A stretch of 64,000 nt of DNA from an uncultured bacterium (GCA_963729625.1 CAVSOU010000007.1:1-64000), one strand, 5' to 3'; counted from the first letter of the stretch, positions 42,718-53,967 are shown. Notes: a model not told the origin generated them from the letters alone. Program-made: numbers and translations.

Positions 42718-44040
42718 CTATGTACCATACGCGCCTTCGGCAGTACGGGTATCGCGCTGAACGTGACGCAGGCCGAGTAGGCAGACGATACCGGCGGCCA
42801 GTATCACTGGCGGCAGGGTGAACCCCAACGCATCGGTCAGATGGTGGCCGAGTGTATCCGCGTGCCCCGCGCCGATCAGATCGGAGAGGCCGCCCACCAG
42901 CGATGGGGAGAAGGCATCACCCAGCACATGCGCGGTGACGAGCGAGACGGCTACCGCGACAGCGCGCAATTCTGGCCGCACCACGTCCTGCATCAAGGCG
43001 CTCATCGGCCCGTTGTAGGCCTGCAGGCAAGTGCCGGCGAGGAAGAACAGCGGCAACAAGACGGCAAGGCTGCCGGCAAGGAGTGAGAAGACCAGCAGGG
43101 GGGCGCTGAGCAGGAAGGCCCAGGCAGTGACCAGGAGACGCGCGGAGGGGAAACGCGGTAGCAGCCGATCGGCGAGCCAGCCGCCGCCGAGTGTGCCGGC
43201 AATCCCGGCCAAGACCAGCACGCCGCCGCTGATCAACCCCGCTGTTCCCGAGGACATCTGGAACCGCCGCTGGAGCAAGGTGGGAAACCACAGCACCGCC
43301 GCACCGAGCACGAAGAAATTCAAAGTCTGCGCGGCCACCGCAAAGCGCATAGAGCGCACCTCGAGGACGCGACGCACGGCCGTCAAGTATGGCGGAGCGG
43401 TCATTGCGGGCGTGCGCGCAGGTTCAACTGTCTCGCCGCCGCGTCGAGGCTCGCGGATGCGAAAAGCCAGCAGGGTGCAAACGGCTCCGGGGATTACGGT
43501 GAAGTAGAATGCCCAACGCCAGCCCCAGTGGTCGGCGATCACGCCTCCGGCGGCAAACCCGACTGCTACGCCCAGGCTGGCGCCCACGTTCCACACGCCA
43601 AGCATCCAGGCCCGTTTCTCCTTGGGAAAGAAGTCGACCAACAGCGAGGTGCCGGCCGGATAGTAGCCTGCCTCACCGACGCCGACGGCCGCACGGGCCG
43701 CGAACAGCGCGAGGAAGTTGGCCGCGGCACCGGTCAGGAGCGTGGCCAAGCTCCACAAGCCAACACCGACAGCCACCACATTCTTCCGGATACCGCGATC
43801 CGCCCAGAGGCCAAATGGCAGTGCCGCAACGGCGTAGACAAGGGTAAAGGCCGTGGCGAGCAATCCTGACTGAAAGTCACTGTTATGGAACTCTTTCTGA
43901 ATGTTGGAAAGGGCAGAGGGCAGGATGAAGCGGTCCATGTAGTTGAGAAAGTTGATGGCAAACATAATCCACAACACATGCGATGCATAGGAGCGAGCAT
44001 GTGATGGCGCGGCGTGCCGGGCTCGAAAGGCAATGTCCAC
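42718..44040 (-). CDS. MFS transporter (Spinster-like)
   Basis: INFLNYMDR, G.WADRGIRK, GVGEA, GWRWAF; GTG 44040 with RBS GAGGAGG. Confidence 0.92.
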   Translation of the reverse strand: MDIAFRARHAAPSHARSYASHVLWIMFAINFLNYMDRFILPSALSNIQKEFHNSDFQSGLLATAFTLVYAVAALPFGLWADRGIRKNVVAVGVGLWSLATLLTGAAANFLALFAARAAVGVGEAGYYPAGTSLLVDFFPKEKRAWMLGVWNVGASLGVAVGFAAGGVIADHWGWRWAFYFTVIPGAVCTLLAFRIREPRRGGETVEPARTPAMTAPPYLTAVRRVLEVRSMRFAVAAQTLNFFVLGAAVLWFPTLLQRRFQMSSGTAGLISGGVLVLAGIAGTLGGGWLADRLLPRFPSARLLVTAWAFLLSAPLLVFSLLAGSLAVLLPLFFLAGTCLQAYNGPMSALMQDVVRPELRAVAVAVSLVTAHVLGDAFSPSLVGGLSDLIGAGHADTLGHHLTDALGFTLPPVILAAGIVCLLGLRHVQRDTRTAEGAYGT

Positions 44041-45128
44041 GGGACGACCCTCCTCGATCACTCCAAGTTGCTTCCGTGTTACACCCGCATACTGGCACGG
44101 AATGGCTGTCAGACACAGAGCGAACACTGTAAAAAACTGTCAACGAGCGTTGGCTGCCACCATCACGCGGGCGCTACGTACCCTTGTAATCCGGCAAGCT
44201 GGCCGGCTTGTCTTTCTCTGTGCCTGACACCGCTCGCGCGAAGTCGTCTCGGAGCGGTGGCCCTTGCACGTATGCTCGTTCTGTCTGTACTGAGTGTCTG
44301 CGAGAGGTTAGGCGTCGTCACGACGAACGAAGGAACCTGGCAACCTGCACCAGGCTCTCCTGACGACACATTCCCGTGGGAGCATCCAAAGGAAAGGAAG
44401 CAACCTGAAACGCAGTGGCCGGACGGCGGCGAATCGCCCGAGGTCTCCTCTCCCGACAGCCCGGCAGAGGCGACGGGAACGGCGTACGACAGCTGGCTCG
44501 GCGAGTGGGTGCCAGTCGCGCCTTGTCGACGCAGGGCAAGGAAACGAGCGCAAACTCAGCCTTTGAGTGCTCGGCAAAAACCCGCTCCCGGTTCCAGGAC
44601 TGTCCTGCCTGTGGCGTTGTTATCCCGCAGGCCGACGGCACGTGCCCAGGATGCCGCAGATCCATTGCATCACCACCTGCCGCAGAGGCCGCGCCTCGCC
44701 TGACTACGTGACAGGGTGCGACATTTTCGAGTCCGGCAAGGGCCTGGACATGCTGCAGCCCCACCATATCGACGCCACCCGAACACGTAGAGGTGATAGG
44801 CGCTTATGGGTCGTCCGACTGTCAGTCGCCGTCGTCGAGGACTCGCAGGATGGCCCTTACGTCGTCGCGCCCGCTGCGCCGGCCCTCCACCATAGCTTCC
44901 GATGCTGGCGGGAAGGCGCCTCCTTCTGCGCCGCGTGAGAACTGGCGGCGGTGCCGGGTACATGAATCACCTCCGTCTGGGCGACGCGGCAGCAAATCGG
45001 CAAGAAACTCGCCTAGGTCGCTGCGAGGCGCCAGACTATGACCCGCAATTCTCGTGCTTGAGGCAGCAGAGATTGCCGCGACTGCGTTCCATGGGTGCAG
45101 GATGCGCCGGCCAAGGCACACATAAGAA

Positions 45129-45155
45129 TATGGCCCGCCGTTACGGCGGGCCATA
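45129..45155 (-). terminator. Intrinsic terminator of the S1-domain gene
   Basis: 12-bp stem TATGGCCCGCCG/CGGCGGGCCATA followed on the minus strand by TTCTTAT. Confidence 0.7.
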
Positions 45156-45186
45156 GCACCTTCTGGAAACGACTCGAAGCGGCGCG

Positions 45187-45972
45187 CTACTTGCTCGCAT
45201 CCTTTCGGCCAAAGCGAGCAACCAATTCCTCGGCCGTTGTCGGAGCGGGCTCCTCCTCAGAATCCTCAGAGTAGCTGTAGTAATTGCGCGGATCTCCACG
45301 TACGGCACGCCACTCCTCATCCGCGCTGTCGCGGCCACGACGAGTCCGCTCGCCGACCCTTTTGGGGCGATCCTCGTTCTTCGCCGTGAAGTTGCGATCG
45401 CCGCCCCGGAAACGCCGGTCAGGACGCTGCTCGGGAGTAGTCTCAGGCGTCCAGGAAGTCGTTTGTCCGGTGCTGCCGACAGGTCTCGGCGACCTGGGCG
45501 TGGTCAGAGCCGGTCGATCGCGCTGCAGCGGAGTTGCAGGACGCGGCTCACGCATGCTCAAGCTCACCCGTCCCCGATCCATGTCGACTTCAGCTACGCG
45601 GACGCGAACTACCTGACCGACCTGTACGACGTCCTCGACGCGTTCAACATAGCCGCCTGTACCCAATTGCGATACGTGAACGAGGCCGTCGACGCCACCA
45701 AGGTCTACGAATGCGCCAAAACCTGCTATTCCCGTGACTTTCCCCTCGCGCCACTCTCCGATGACGAGACCGGAAAGCGCTTCACGGCGCCGGCGCTCTC
45801 GTTCCTCTCGCGAGACGTATGGAGCACGCGGCAAAGGAGCACTGCGGTGCAGCGCCTGCGCTACCTGGGCCTGGTCACTTGAAGTTGCTTCCGATGGGGG
45901 GGTTGTGGTTTCCGCTGATACTGTAGGGTCGGACCCGGTCGCCTCGGGATTGTCACCTGGCTGATTGTTCAT
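45187..45972 (-). CDS. Single S1 RNA-binding-domain protein with disordered flanks
   Basis: GKVTGIAGFGAFVDLGGVDGLVHVSQL..VGQVVRVRV..RVSLSMR. Confidence 0.88.
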   Translation of the reverse strand: MNNQPGDNPEATGSDPTVSAETTTPPSEATSSDQAQVAQALHRSAPLPRAPYVSREERERRRREALSGLVIGEWREGKVTGIAGFGAFVDLGGVDGLVHVSQLGTGGYVERVEDVVQVGQVVRVRVAEVDMDRGRVSLSMREPRPATPLQRDRPALTTPRSPRPVGSTGQTTSWTPETTPEQRPDRRFRGGDRNFTAKNEDRPKRVGERTRRGRDSADEEWRAVRGDPRNYYSYSEDSEEEPAPTTAEELVARFGRKDASK

Positions 45973-46124
45973 TTCCGGATTGGACAAGTTCTTCCTTCTT
46001 TGCGCTGCCGCCTCAACACTCGACAAACGTCACTATCGACGAAAGGGGTGTATCATGCCCGCGCTTCAAGTAACGACACCAAGCGGTGATCCACACCCCA
46101 CCGAATCAAGGGACCACTTTCACG

Positions 46125-46135
46125 ATTATACCACA
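46125..46135 (-). promoter_or_regulatory. Extended -10 promoter of the S1 gene
   Basis: TGTGGTATAAT about 150 nt upstream of the ATG. Confidence 0.6.
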
Positions 46136-46509
46136 GGAGTAGGCTCAAATGTCGAGATCCCGCTCCTGATTCGCGAAGGCCGACTGCTGCACAAGTTTGC
46201 GCTCCTGACCCCTGTCAGCCGACCCCGCCTGAGGGCGATTGCGATCCACACGGCGCGCAATGCGCCGGGTAGGCGGTCGCACATGCCACGTGCCGCGCAG
46301 ACCGCCTTCGTCGCGTGCCGGCGCCGCCAAACGTACTAGTACGTGCCCTCAGGAATCTTGCCGAAAGTACGCTATCGGAATAGCTGCCGGATCCAGTACT
46401 CTATGGACTGAAATGCGGTTGGGCTAGGCGATTTGTAGCGGGTGAAGCGGCGACCGGAGCCGTTACAATGGAACCGTGGCGTTTTAGCATAGGACTTTGA
46501 GGCTCTACA

Positions 46510-48570
46510 GTGGTTGAGACATCTCAGGTCGGTTCGTTGGCTGCGCTGCCGGCGCCAATCGAACGACTGTCAGTTTTAGCGCGAAATCTCTGGTGGTGTT
46601 GGAACCCGAAAGCCGAGCTGCTGTTTAGCTCGCTCGACGCCCAAGCGTGGGACGCCATGGCACACAATCCCATCAGAGTGCTGCGATCGATGACCGCGCA
46701 ACGACTAGAAGCGCTCGCCGGCGACCCCATCTTTATGTCGCTCTACAACGGTGTCATGGTCGATTTCGACAAGTACATGCAGTCGCTGCCGAATGCGTGG
46801 TTTCCGAGACGATATCGGCGATCCAAGCTGCTCGTCGCGTACTTCTGCGCCGAGTTTGGATTTCACGAGTCGATGCCGGTCTACTCTGGAGGACTCGGCA
46901 TTCTGGCCGGAGACCACTGCAAGACCGCCAGCGACATCGGATTGCCTTTCGTCGGTGTCGGCCTCTGGTACACCCAGGGATACTTCCGACAGATCATCGA
47001 TGCAACTGGTCAGCAAATAGCTGCGCCCGACCACGCGGGTCAGGACGACGTCCCGCTTCAATTCGCAGGGCCGAATGGCGAAGATATCGTAATCGAAGTC
47101 CCTTGCGCCGAGAGGTCGGTCTTCGCCCGTGTCTGGCGATTGCAGGTCGGGCGTATCGCGGTGTATCTCCTTGACACCGATGTGACGCAGAATTCTCCAG
47201 CGGATCGGGTGCTGTGCTCGCGCCTTTACGGCGGGGACAAAGAAACGCGCATCGCCCAGGAGGTCATACTCGGCGTGGGTGGTGTGCTCGCCCTGCGAGC
47301 ACTCGGCATCGAGCCGACCCGCTGGCATATGAACGAGGGCCACGCCGGATTCATGGCACTGGAGAGGATCCGCGAAATGGTGCGCGATGGTGTGGCGCCC
47401 CAGGAGGCATTGCGCCTCGAAACCGCGTCCACCCTGTTCACAACCCACACGCCCGTTCCCGCCGGGAATGAAGTGTTCACCACAAACCTCGTTCTCCAGT
47501 ACCTTCCGGGCCTGCCCGAAGCCATGGGGCTAACCACGGAGCAGTTTCTTGCCCTGGCAGAGGAGGCGGGCGCCCCGCCTGGCCAGTTCGCAATGACCCC
47601 GCTGGCAATCCGGCTCTCGCAACACGCAAACGGCGTCAGCAAGCTGCATGGCGCGGTTGCTCGTTCGATGTGGGCAAAGCAGTTCCCTGCCCTGGCGATC
47701 GACGACGTACCGATCACATCGGTGACAAACGGCGTGCACGTAGGCACGTGGTTGGCGTCCGAATTGCGAGACCTTTTCACGCGCCACTTCGGCGCGGATT
47801 GGATGCGCGACGTCGACGACCCCGCCGTGTGGGCGAAGCTTGCGACCGTGGCAGACGACGAGCTGTGGTCGGTCCATGTTGCTCTCAAGCAGCGCCTGAT
47901 TGCAGCTGCCACTGCGCTTCAACCCACGTTACGCCCTCTCAATCCTGCCGCGCTAACCATCGGCTTTGCCAGGCGCTTCGCGACATACAAGCGGGCCACA
48001 TTGTTCTTTCACGATAACGCGCGCGCGACTAAGATTCTGAATCACGCCGATCGTCCGGTTCAGCTCGTGTTCGCCGGCAAAGCTCACCCCGCGGATGGAG
48101 GCGGCCAGTGGCTGATCAAGACGCTTTCCGGCTTGTCCCATTCCGAGGACCTGGCCAGTAAAGTCGTATTGCTACCAGGCTACGACATGGGCCTTGCCCG
48201 CGTCCTGGTGCAAGGCGTGGATGTCTGGCTGAACAACCCTGAGCGCCCGCAGGAAGCAAGCGGCACAAGTGGCCAGAAGGCGGCACTAAACGGCATTCCA
48301 AACTGCAGCATCCGCGACGGATGGTGGGACGAGGGATACAACGGGAAGAACGGCTGGGCATTCGGCGGCGAAGTCGGCAACGACGATGTGGACAGCTCTG
48401 AGCTCTACGACGTGCTGGAGAACCAGGTTATCCCCGCGTTCTATGACAGAAGGCGCACCGGCCTTCCGAAGCGATGGATCGCGATCATGAAGGAATCAAT
48501 CAGAACCTGTGCACCAGCATTCAGTTCGCAGCGGATGCTGAAGGAGTACACCGAGCGCCTGTATTTGTAG
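46510..48570 (+). CDS. glgP: Alpha-glucan (glycogen) phosphorylase
   Basis: YSGGLGILAGDH, HMNEGH, FARRFATYKRA, EASGTSGQK (PLP lysine). Confidence 0.96.
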   Translation: MVETSQVGSLAALPAPIERLSVLARNLWWCWNPKAELLFSSLDAQAWDAMAHNPIRVLRSMTAQRLEALAGDPIFMSLYNGVMVDFDKYMQSLPNAWFPRRYRRSKLLVAYFCAEFGFHESMPVYSGGLGILAGDHCKTASDIGLPFVGVGLWYTQGYFRQIIDATGQQIAAPDHAGQDDVPLQFAGPNGEDIVIEVPCAERSVFARVWRLQVGRIAVYLLDTDVTQNSPADRVLCSRLYGGDKETRIAQEVILGVGGVLALRALGIEPTRWHMNEGHAGFMALERIREMVRDGVAPQEALRLETASTLFTTHTPVPAGNEVFTTNLVLQYLPGLPEAMGLTTEQFLALAEEAGAPPGQFAMTPLAIRLSQHANGVSKLHGAVARSMWAKQFPALAIDDVPITSVTNGVHVGTWLASELRDLFTRHFGADWMRDVDDPAVWAKLATVADDELWSVHVALKQRLIAAATALQPTLRPLNPAALTIGFARRFATYKRATLFFHDNARATKILNHADRPVQLVFAGKAHPADGGGQWLIKTLSGLSHSEDLASKVVLLPGYDMGLARVLVQGVDVWLNNPERPQEASGTSGQKAALNGIPNCSIRDGWWDEGYNGKNGWAFGGEVGNDDVDSSELYDVLENQVIPAFYDRRRTGLPKRWIAIMKESIRTCAPAFSSQRMLKEYTERLYL

Positions 48571-48602
48571 CAGCACCGCCATAGTGGCGTTGCCGGTATG
48601 CC

Positions 48603-48633
48603 GAAGGCCTGCACCCAAGCGGAGCAGGCCTTC
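48603..48633. terminator. Hairpin between convergent glgP and infC
   Basis: Inverted repeat GAAGGCCTGC..GCAGGCCTTC. Confidence 0.5.
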
Positions 48634-48670
48634 GCGGAATCGTCCCTGGCGGACACGATAGTCGACGTAT

Positions 48671-49294
48671 CTACATGCTGGGCGAAACCGCCTCGACCTG
48701 CGGACTGGAGGTCTCGCTATGAGCGGCTGCCACTGCCGGCTTGGGCTTCTTGACCGCCAGGGCGCTTGGCGCAAGCACAAGAGTCATCTGGCGACCTTCT
48801 GCCAAAACGTCGCGCTCAATCCGCCCCACGTCGCCAATCTTCGACGCCATCTCGACCAGAACCTTACGCCCCCAATCGGGATGGGCCTGCTCACGCCCTC
48901 GCATGCGCAGTGTTAATTGCACGCGGTCCCCTTCTTGGAGCCACTTGGTAATCGCGCGTAACTTCGTCTCAAGGTCGTGCGGATCGGTCTTGGGGCGAAC
49001 CCGCACTTCCTTGATCACGACTTTGGTTTGGTTCTTGCGAGCCTCGCGCTCTTTGCGAGACTGCTCGTACTGCTGCCGGCCGTAGTCGAGGATCCTGCAG
49101 ACAGGGGGCTGTGCGAGGGGCGAGACCTCCACGAGGTCCAGATTGTGCTCACGAGCGATCCGCAGGGCGTCCACCACCGGCATCTGCCCGAGCTGGCTAC
49201 CATCAGAGTCGATGACCAGCACCACCCGAGCGCGGATCTGTTCATTGATGCGGACCTGATTCCGTGGTCCGCGACGATCTTCGCTCGGCCTCAC
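48671..49294 (-). CDS. infC: Translation initiation factor IF-3
   Basis: RINEQIR, LDLVEVSPLAQPPVCRILDYG, KEVRVRP, RGRE. Confidence 0.96.
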   Translation of the reverse strand: MRPSEDRRGPRNQVRINEQIRARVVLVIDSDGSQLGQMPVVDALRIAREHNLDLVEVSPLAQPPVCRILDYGRQQYEQSRKEREARKNQTKVVIKEVRVRPKTDPHDLETKLRAITKWLQEGDRVQLTLRMRGREQAHPDWGRKVLVEMASKIGDVGRIERDVLAEGRQMTLVLAPSALAVKKPKPAVAAAHSETSSPQVEAVSPSM

Positions 49295-49650
49295 CGGCTA
49301 CCGCTGAAAGACCCCGCCCTGATCTGGGCGAAGCAATCGCTGCAGTACACAGGCCGGTCGCCACGAGGAACAAAAGGTACCTGAGTGGGATTTCCACACT
49401 GGGCACACGTCGCCTCAGTCATCTGCCGAGGTCCGCGCTCGCGCTCATAACCGCCGCCATATCCACCACCCGAGTTACCATAGCTCGACCGCCCACCCTC
49501 GAGCCGACCAGACTTATAAATCCGCCGGCACTCTGGGCACCTACGCGGCGTATTCTCCAGCCCCTTGCTGGCATAGAACTCCTGCTCGCCAACTGTGAAC
49601 GTGAACGTGTTTCCACAGTCACGGCAGGTGAGTTCGCGGTCTTGAAACAT
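49291..49650 (-). CDS. Zinc-ribbon / CxxC-x17-CxxC domain protein
   Basis: LTCRDCGNTFTFTVGEQEFY..PRRCPECR; Gly-rich linker; CAQCG..VPFVPRGDRPVYCSDCF; RBS GAGGAG. Confidence 0.92.
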   Translation of the reverse strand: MFQDRELTCRDCGNTFTFTVGEQEFYASKGLENTPRRCPECRRIYKSGRLEGGRSSYGNSGGGYGGGYERERGPRQMTEATCAQCGNPTQVPFVPRGDRPVYCSDCFAQIRAGSFSGSR

Positions 49651-49796
49651 GCAATGCTCCTCGTGCTTCCGACTTGGCTACCGCCTACTGAGCCTGGGCG
49701 TACCTCGAAATCGTCGATGCTGTCATCTACACCGGCTGGTGGAGGCCGGCAAAATGACAAACACTCCCCATTATTTCAGTCCCCAACTCACTAACC

Positions 49797-49824
49797 ATTA
49801 TACCACACTAGATTTGGCTTCCAA
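49797..49824 (-). promoter_or_regulatory. Promoter of the zinc-ribbon/infC operon
   Basis: TGTGGTATAAT extended -10 with TTGGAA 16 bp upstream. Confidence 0.65.
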
Positions 49825-49870
49825 GAGTACTTCGAGTGAAAGAGGGGGCTCAAGCTGTGAAATCCGCTAC

Positions 49871-50500
49871 TCACACCTGACCATGCAGCGCCGTGGCGAT
49901 CTCTTCGCTGCTCATCGGCCCGAGATGCACCGTTGCAACTCGACCCGCCGGATCGATAACCAACGAAGTGGGAAGCGCCCCAATGTGGTATCGAGTCATA
50001 ACTGTCAGGTTCGAGTCAATCAATATCGGATACGATATATTCAAACGCTCCGCATAGTGGTTCACCACACTGGTCTGATCCAGATCGCCGTCGACACCCA
50101 ACACCATTGGCGCCGATCCTGCAGCTGGACCGCCCCGAGACTGCGCGGCAAACGCCCGTTCCAGCGCGGGCACTTCAGACTGGCAGGGAGGGCAGGTGAC
50201 GCCCCAAAAGTTCAGCAGAATCCATCGGCCACGAAGTCCGGACAACTTGACGGGACTGCCCCGAAGGTCATTCAGCACGAAGTCCGGCGCGGGCGCTCCA
50301 AGCGCGATGCCGGGGATTGACGATGTGTTGGGGGTATCCGACGTCGCTGGCCTCAGGAGCAACAGTGCCACGCCAAGCAGTCCAACCGCCGCGCACAGGC
50401 CGTACAGGTAACGCCGCACTGTGCGCGGCACCACCCTCCTGACCCCGTGCAACAGCGGCTCGCCGGCCGCGGTCGTGCTGTGCATGAGCAATCGCCCCAC
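49871..50500 (-). CDS. TlpA/ResA-like thiol-disulfide oxidoreductase
   Basis: TM anchor, APDFVL, LNFWGVTCPPCQSE, ALPTS. Confidence 0.92.
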   Translation of the reverse strand: MGRLLMHSTTAAGEPLLHGVRRVVPRTVRRYLYGLCAAVGLLGVALLLLRPATSDTPNTSSIPGIALGAPAPDFVLNDLRGSPVKLSGLRGRWILLNFWGVTCPPCQSEVPALERAFAAQSRGGPAAGSAPMVLGVDGDLDQTSVVNHYAERLNISYPILIDSNLTVMTRYHIGALPTSLVIDPAGRVATVHLGPMSSEEIATALHGQV

Positions 50501-50506
50501 TATCGC

Positions 50507-51517
50507 TCAGGACAACGCCACGAGCCTATCAGCCACCATCGCAGCAAAAAGCAGGGCAAGGTACATGTTGGAATACACGAACAGGCTCTTGGCACGCAGC
50601 TGCGATCGGTCGCGAAGCAAAAGCGCAGCTTGAATGACGAACGCCGCGCCAAGAACGATGGCCACGCAAAGGTACAACGGACCCATGGCGCCTGTGGGAA
50701 AGAGGGCCAGCGTGCCAGCCATGAGCAGAACGCTGTAGGCCAGAATGTTCACGCACGTCTTGTCCAGACCCTTGACCACCGGCAGCATTGGAATTGAGGC
50801 ACGTGAATAGTCGCGCCGGGTCAACAGGGACAACGACCAAAAGTGTGGTGGAGTCCACAGCGTGATGATCAGGAATAGCAGAAGCGCCGGCAGCTCGATG
50901 TCGTTGCGCACCGCGGCCCAGCCAACCAGAGGCGGCACCGCTCCGGCCAAGCCGCCGATAACGATATTCTGTGGGGTGGCCCGCTTGAGCCAGCACGTGT
51001 AGACGAGCACGTAAAACAGATTGCCTGACACGGCAAGTCCGGCGCTGAGGTAGTTCACGCCTAGACCGAACACCAGCACGGACGAGGCTGTCAGGGTCAG
51101 CCCGAAGATCAGCGCGGACTGCGGCCTAAGCCTGCCCGCAGGCAACGGTCGGTTCTTCGTGCGGGCCATCAGGGCGTCGATATCGCGGTCCAGGTATTGA
51201 TTGAGGGCACTGGCGCCGCCGGCAGCCAGCGTACCTCCAAGCAGGGTCAACGACACGAGGCGCATCAGCTCGACGCCTCCAAACGGGCGGCTTCCCGCGG
51301 CGATGAGAAATGCCGCCAGCGTGGTTATCAGCAGCAAGACGAGAATGCGCGGCTTGACGAGCGAGATGTAATCCGACAAGACGGATGTTCGTACTCTCCG
51401 TGACCTGGTCGCTTCCTCCGTCATCAGCTCGGGCCCGCGAGGGATAGCCAGCGAATCGAGTGCTGGCCCCGTGTTTGTCATGACGCTGCTGCTTTTCACG
51501 ACTTTTCCTTCAAACAA
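50507..51517 (-). CDS. ctaB: Heme o synthase (protoheme IX farnesyltransferase)
   Basis: [38 protein letters not shown]; start uncertain. Confidence 0.95.
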   Translation of the reverse strand: MFEGKVVKSSSVMTNTGPALDSLAIPRGPELMTEEATRSRRVRTSVLSDYISLVKPRILVLLLITTLAAFLIAAGSRPFGGVELMRLVSLTLLGGTLAAGGASALNQYLDRDIDALMARTKNRPLPAGRLRPQSALIFGLTLTASSVLVFGLGVNYLSAGLAVSGNLFYVLVYTCWLKRATPQNIVIGGLAGAVPPLVGWAAVRNDIELPALLLFLIITLWTPPHFWSLSLLTRRDYSRASIPMLPVVKGLDKTCVNILAYSVLLMAGTLALFPTGAMGPLYLCVAIVLGAAFVIQAALLLRDRSQLRAKSLFVYSNMYLALLFAAMVADRLVALS

Positions 51518-51568
51518 GTAGCCACCCCATCATCTCCCCAGGTACGTCGAAGCGACCGGCGGCCAGCC

Positions 51569-52192
51569 TCACGGCACCGTCAGGTAGAACAAGGCGAAGA
51601 GCACGACCCAAACTGCATCGACGAAGTGCCAGTACAGGGTCGCCGCGTGCGGCACCATCGTGTTTCGCTGGTGGTACTTCCCTTTTAGGGTGCCAGTAAG
51701 CAGCACCAGGAGGAAGATGATTCCCCCGGTCACGTGCGCACCGTGAAGGCCCGTCAGCGTGAAGAATGTCGCCCCATAGGTGTTGCCGCTCATCGTCAAA
51801 GCGTTATTGCCGGTGAGTAGGTTGTGATACTCGTAAGCCTGCCCACCAATAAAGATCGCGCCGAGAATGATCGTTGTCACCAACAGGGTGTACATGGCGC
51901 GCATGTTCGCGCGCCGCAGCGCCTGAAAAGCAAAATGCATGGTGACACCGCTGCTGAGAAGGATGACGGTATTTACCGTGGGGAGTTGCCATTCAAAGGG
52001 CTTGACTCCCGGGAAGTTCGTGGGCGGCCAGTGCGGAGCAGCGCGGCGTTCATACAGATACATGAAGATCAGGCTGCCGAATAGCGCCATCTCGGAGCTG
52101 AGAAAACACATGACGCCCAGAAGTCCGTTACTGAATCCGGTATTGGTCCTGACCGCGTGGTGCTTCGAGATTTCCGTGCTGGTCGTACTCAT
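51569..52192 (-). CDS. ctaE: Cytochrome c oxidase subunit III
   Basis: FLSSE..F, NTVILLSSG, TGLHGAHV, YWHFVDAVW. Confidence 0.95.
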   Translation of the reverse strand: MSTTSTEISKHHAVRTNTGFSNGLLGVMCFLSSEMALFGSLIFMYLYERRAAPHWPPTNFPGVKPFEWQLPTVNTVILLSSGVTMHFAFQALRRANMRAMYTLLVTTIILGAIFIGGQAYEYHNLLTGNNALTMSGNTYGATFFTLTGLHGAHVTGGIIFLLVLLTGTLKGKYHQRNTMVPHAATLYWHFVDAVWVVLFALFYLTVP

Positions 52193-52233
52193 CCGTTTTC
52201 CTTCATCACGTGAGCAACGCAGACTGAGTTCAC

Positions 52234-53919
52234 CTACGAATGGTGCCGAGCCGTTGTATCGGATTCCGACGGGCCGAACCATTGGGCCGGCTGCGCGAAC
52301 TCGTACGGTCCGCAGGAGACTATCGGTGGAGTGGCAAAGTTCCCGTGGCCTGGGGGGGATGGAACGGTCCACTCAAGGGTTCGTCCACCCCATGGATTGG
52401 CAGGCGCCTTTTCCCCGCGCGCCAGGCTTACCGCTGCGTTGTAGAAGAAGATAAGGAACGATGCACCCAACACCATGGCCGAGAGGCTGATGAAAAGGTT
52501 GAGACCCGAGAACTGTGGATCGTAGTCCGCTACTCTCCTGGGCATTCCGAGCAATCCAACGATGTGCATGGGGAAGAACGTGGCATTGAAGCTGACGTAC
52601 ATGAACCAGAAGTGCACTTTTGCCAGGCGCTCGTTGAGCATCCTGCCGGTCATCTTCGGCCACCACATGTAGAGGCCGGCAAAGATGGCGAACACACTGC
52701 CGCCAAACAAGACATAGTGGAGGTGTGCTACCAGAAAGTACGTTCCGTGCTCGTGCAAGTCGACAGGGACCGATGCCAAGAATATGCCCGTAATGCCGCC
52801 CAACGTGAAGGTGGAAACGAAACCGAGAGCAAAAAGGAGCGGCGACTCGAGCCGGAGCTTGCCCTCAAAAAGTGTCGCCACCCAGCTAAATACCTTGATG
52901 CCGGTCGGTACCGCAATGATCATCGTGGCTATCATGAAGTACGTTTCCAGCCACGGCTGGATCCCGCTTGTAAACATATGGTGGGCCCAGACAATGAACG
53001 CAAGCAACCCAATCGCCGCGCTGGAATAGGCAATCGCCTTGTACCCAAAGATGGGTTTGCGCGAGAACACCGGAATCACTTCAGAAATGATTCCCATCCC
53101 GGGCAGGATCATGATGTAGACGGCCGGGTGCGAGTAGAACCAGAACATGTGCTGCCAGAGCAACACATTGCCGCCCTTGGCCGGATTGAAGAACGGAATG
53201 CCGAAAACACTAGCCAGCAGCTGGATGCTGAGCGCGCCTGCCAGAGCAGGTGTGACCACGAGCGTCAACACCACAGTAACAAGCAGCGCCCACACAAAGA
53301 GTGGCATCCGGTGCAGCGTCATGCCTTTGGCACGCATATTGATGATCGTGACCAGGAAGTTGATAGCCGTGATGGTCGACGACATGCCGACCATGATCGT
53401 GCTGATGAGCCAGCAGATCTGGCCATAGTTGTGGGCGAGGCCGACGGGCGCCTGCAGGCTGAGCGGCGCGTACGATGTCCATCCCGCCTGAGCCGCCGCG
53501 CCGGACAGGAAGCCGGCGAACATGATGATGCCGGCTGGAGGGAAGAGCAGGTAGCTGATCAGATTGAGTTTTGGGAACGCCACGTCACCCGCACCGATCA
53601 TGAGCGGCATCAGGAAGTTGCCGAATCCACCCACGAGCATCGGTATCGTGAACAAGAAAATCATCGCGGAGCCGTGCAGCGTGGTGAGCTGGTCGAATAC
53701 GTCCGGCGCCACAACCTTGCTGCCCGGCTGAGCCAGATTCAGTCGAATAACCTCCGCGAAGAGACCGGCCACTATGAAGAACACGATAGACGTGTACATG
53801 TAGTTCAGGCCGATGACCTTGTGGTCGGTGCTGAAGATATAGCGCTTGACCCACGCCTGCCAGCCGCTTTGAGCGTGCGGGTAGAAGTGGGCATCACCCC
53901 CTACGGCTGCCGTTGACAT
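52234..53919 (-). CDS. ctaD: Cytochrome c oxidase subunit I (type A2)
   Basis: [18 protein letters not shown] (YS motif), WAHHMF, VAHLHY, GMPRR. Confidence 0.98.
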   Translation of the reverse strand: MSTAAVGGDAHFYPHAQSGWQAWVKRYIFSTDHKVIGLNYMYTSIVFFIVAGLFAEVIRLNLAQPGSKVVAPDVFDQLTTLHGSAMIFLFTIPMLVGGFGNFLMPLMIGAGDVAFPKLNLISYLLFPPAGIIMFAGFLSGAAAQAGWTSYAPLSLQAPVGLAHNYGQICWLISTIMVGMSSTITAINFLVTIINMRAKGMTLHRMPLFVWALLVTVVLTLVVTPALAGALSIQLLASVFGIPFFNPAKGGNVLLWQHMFWFYSHPAVYIMILPGMGIISEVIPVFSRKPIFGYKAIAYSSAAIGLLAFIVWAHHMFTSGIQPWLETYFMIATMIIAVPTGIKVFSWVATLFEGKLRLESPLLFALGFVSTFTLGGITGIFLASVPVDLHEHGTYFLVAHLHYVLFGGSVFAIFAGLYMWWPKMTGRMLNERLAKVHFWFMYVSFNATFFPMHIVGLLGMPRRVADYDPQFSGLNLFISLSAMVLGASFLIFFYNAAVSLARGEKAPANPWGGRTLEWTVPSPPGHGNFATPPIVSCGPYEFAQPAQWFGPSESDTTARHHS

Positions 53920-53967
53920 CCAGTGCCTCCCGCTCTCAAGCTGCTGAGTAGTCGACTGCCAGCCATG

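Noticed and set aside
52240-53916. 558-aa plus-strand ORF antisense to ctaD (likewise 3739-4668, 6927-7958, 10188-11054)
   Set aside because: Shadow ORFs typical of high-GC codon bias opposite well-supported genes.
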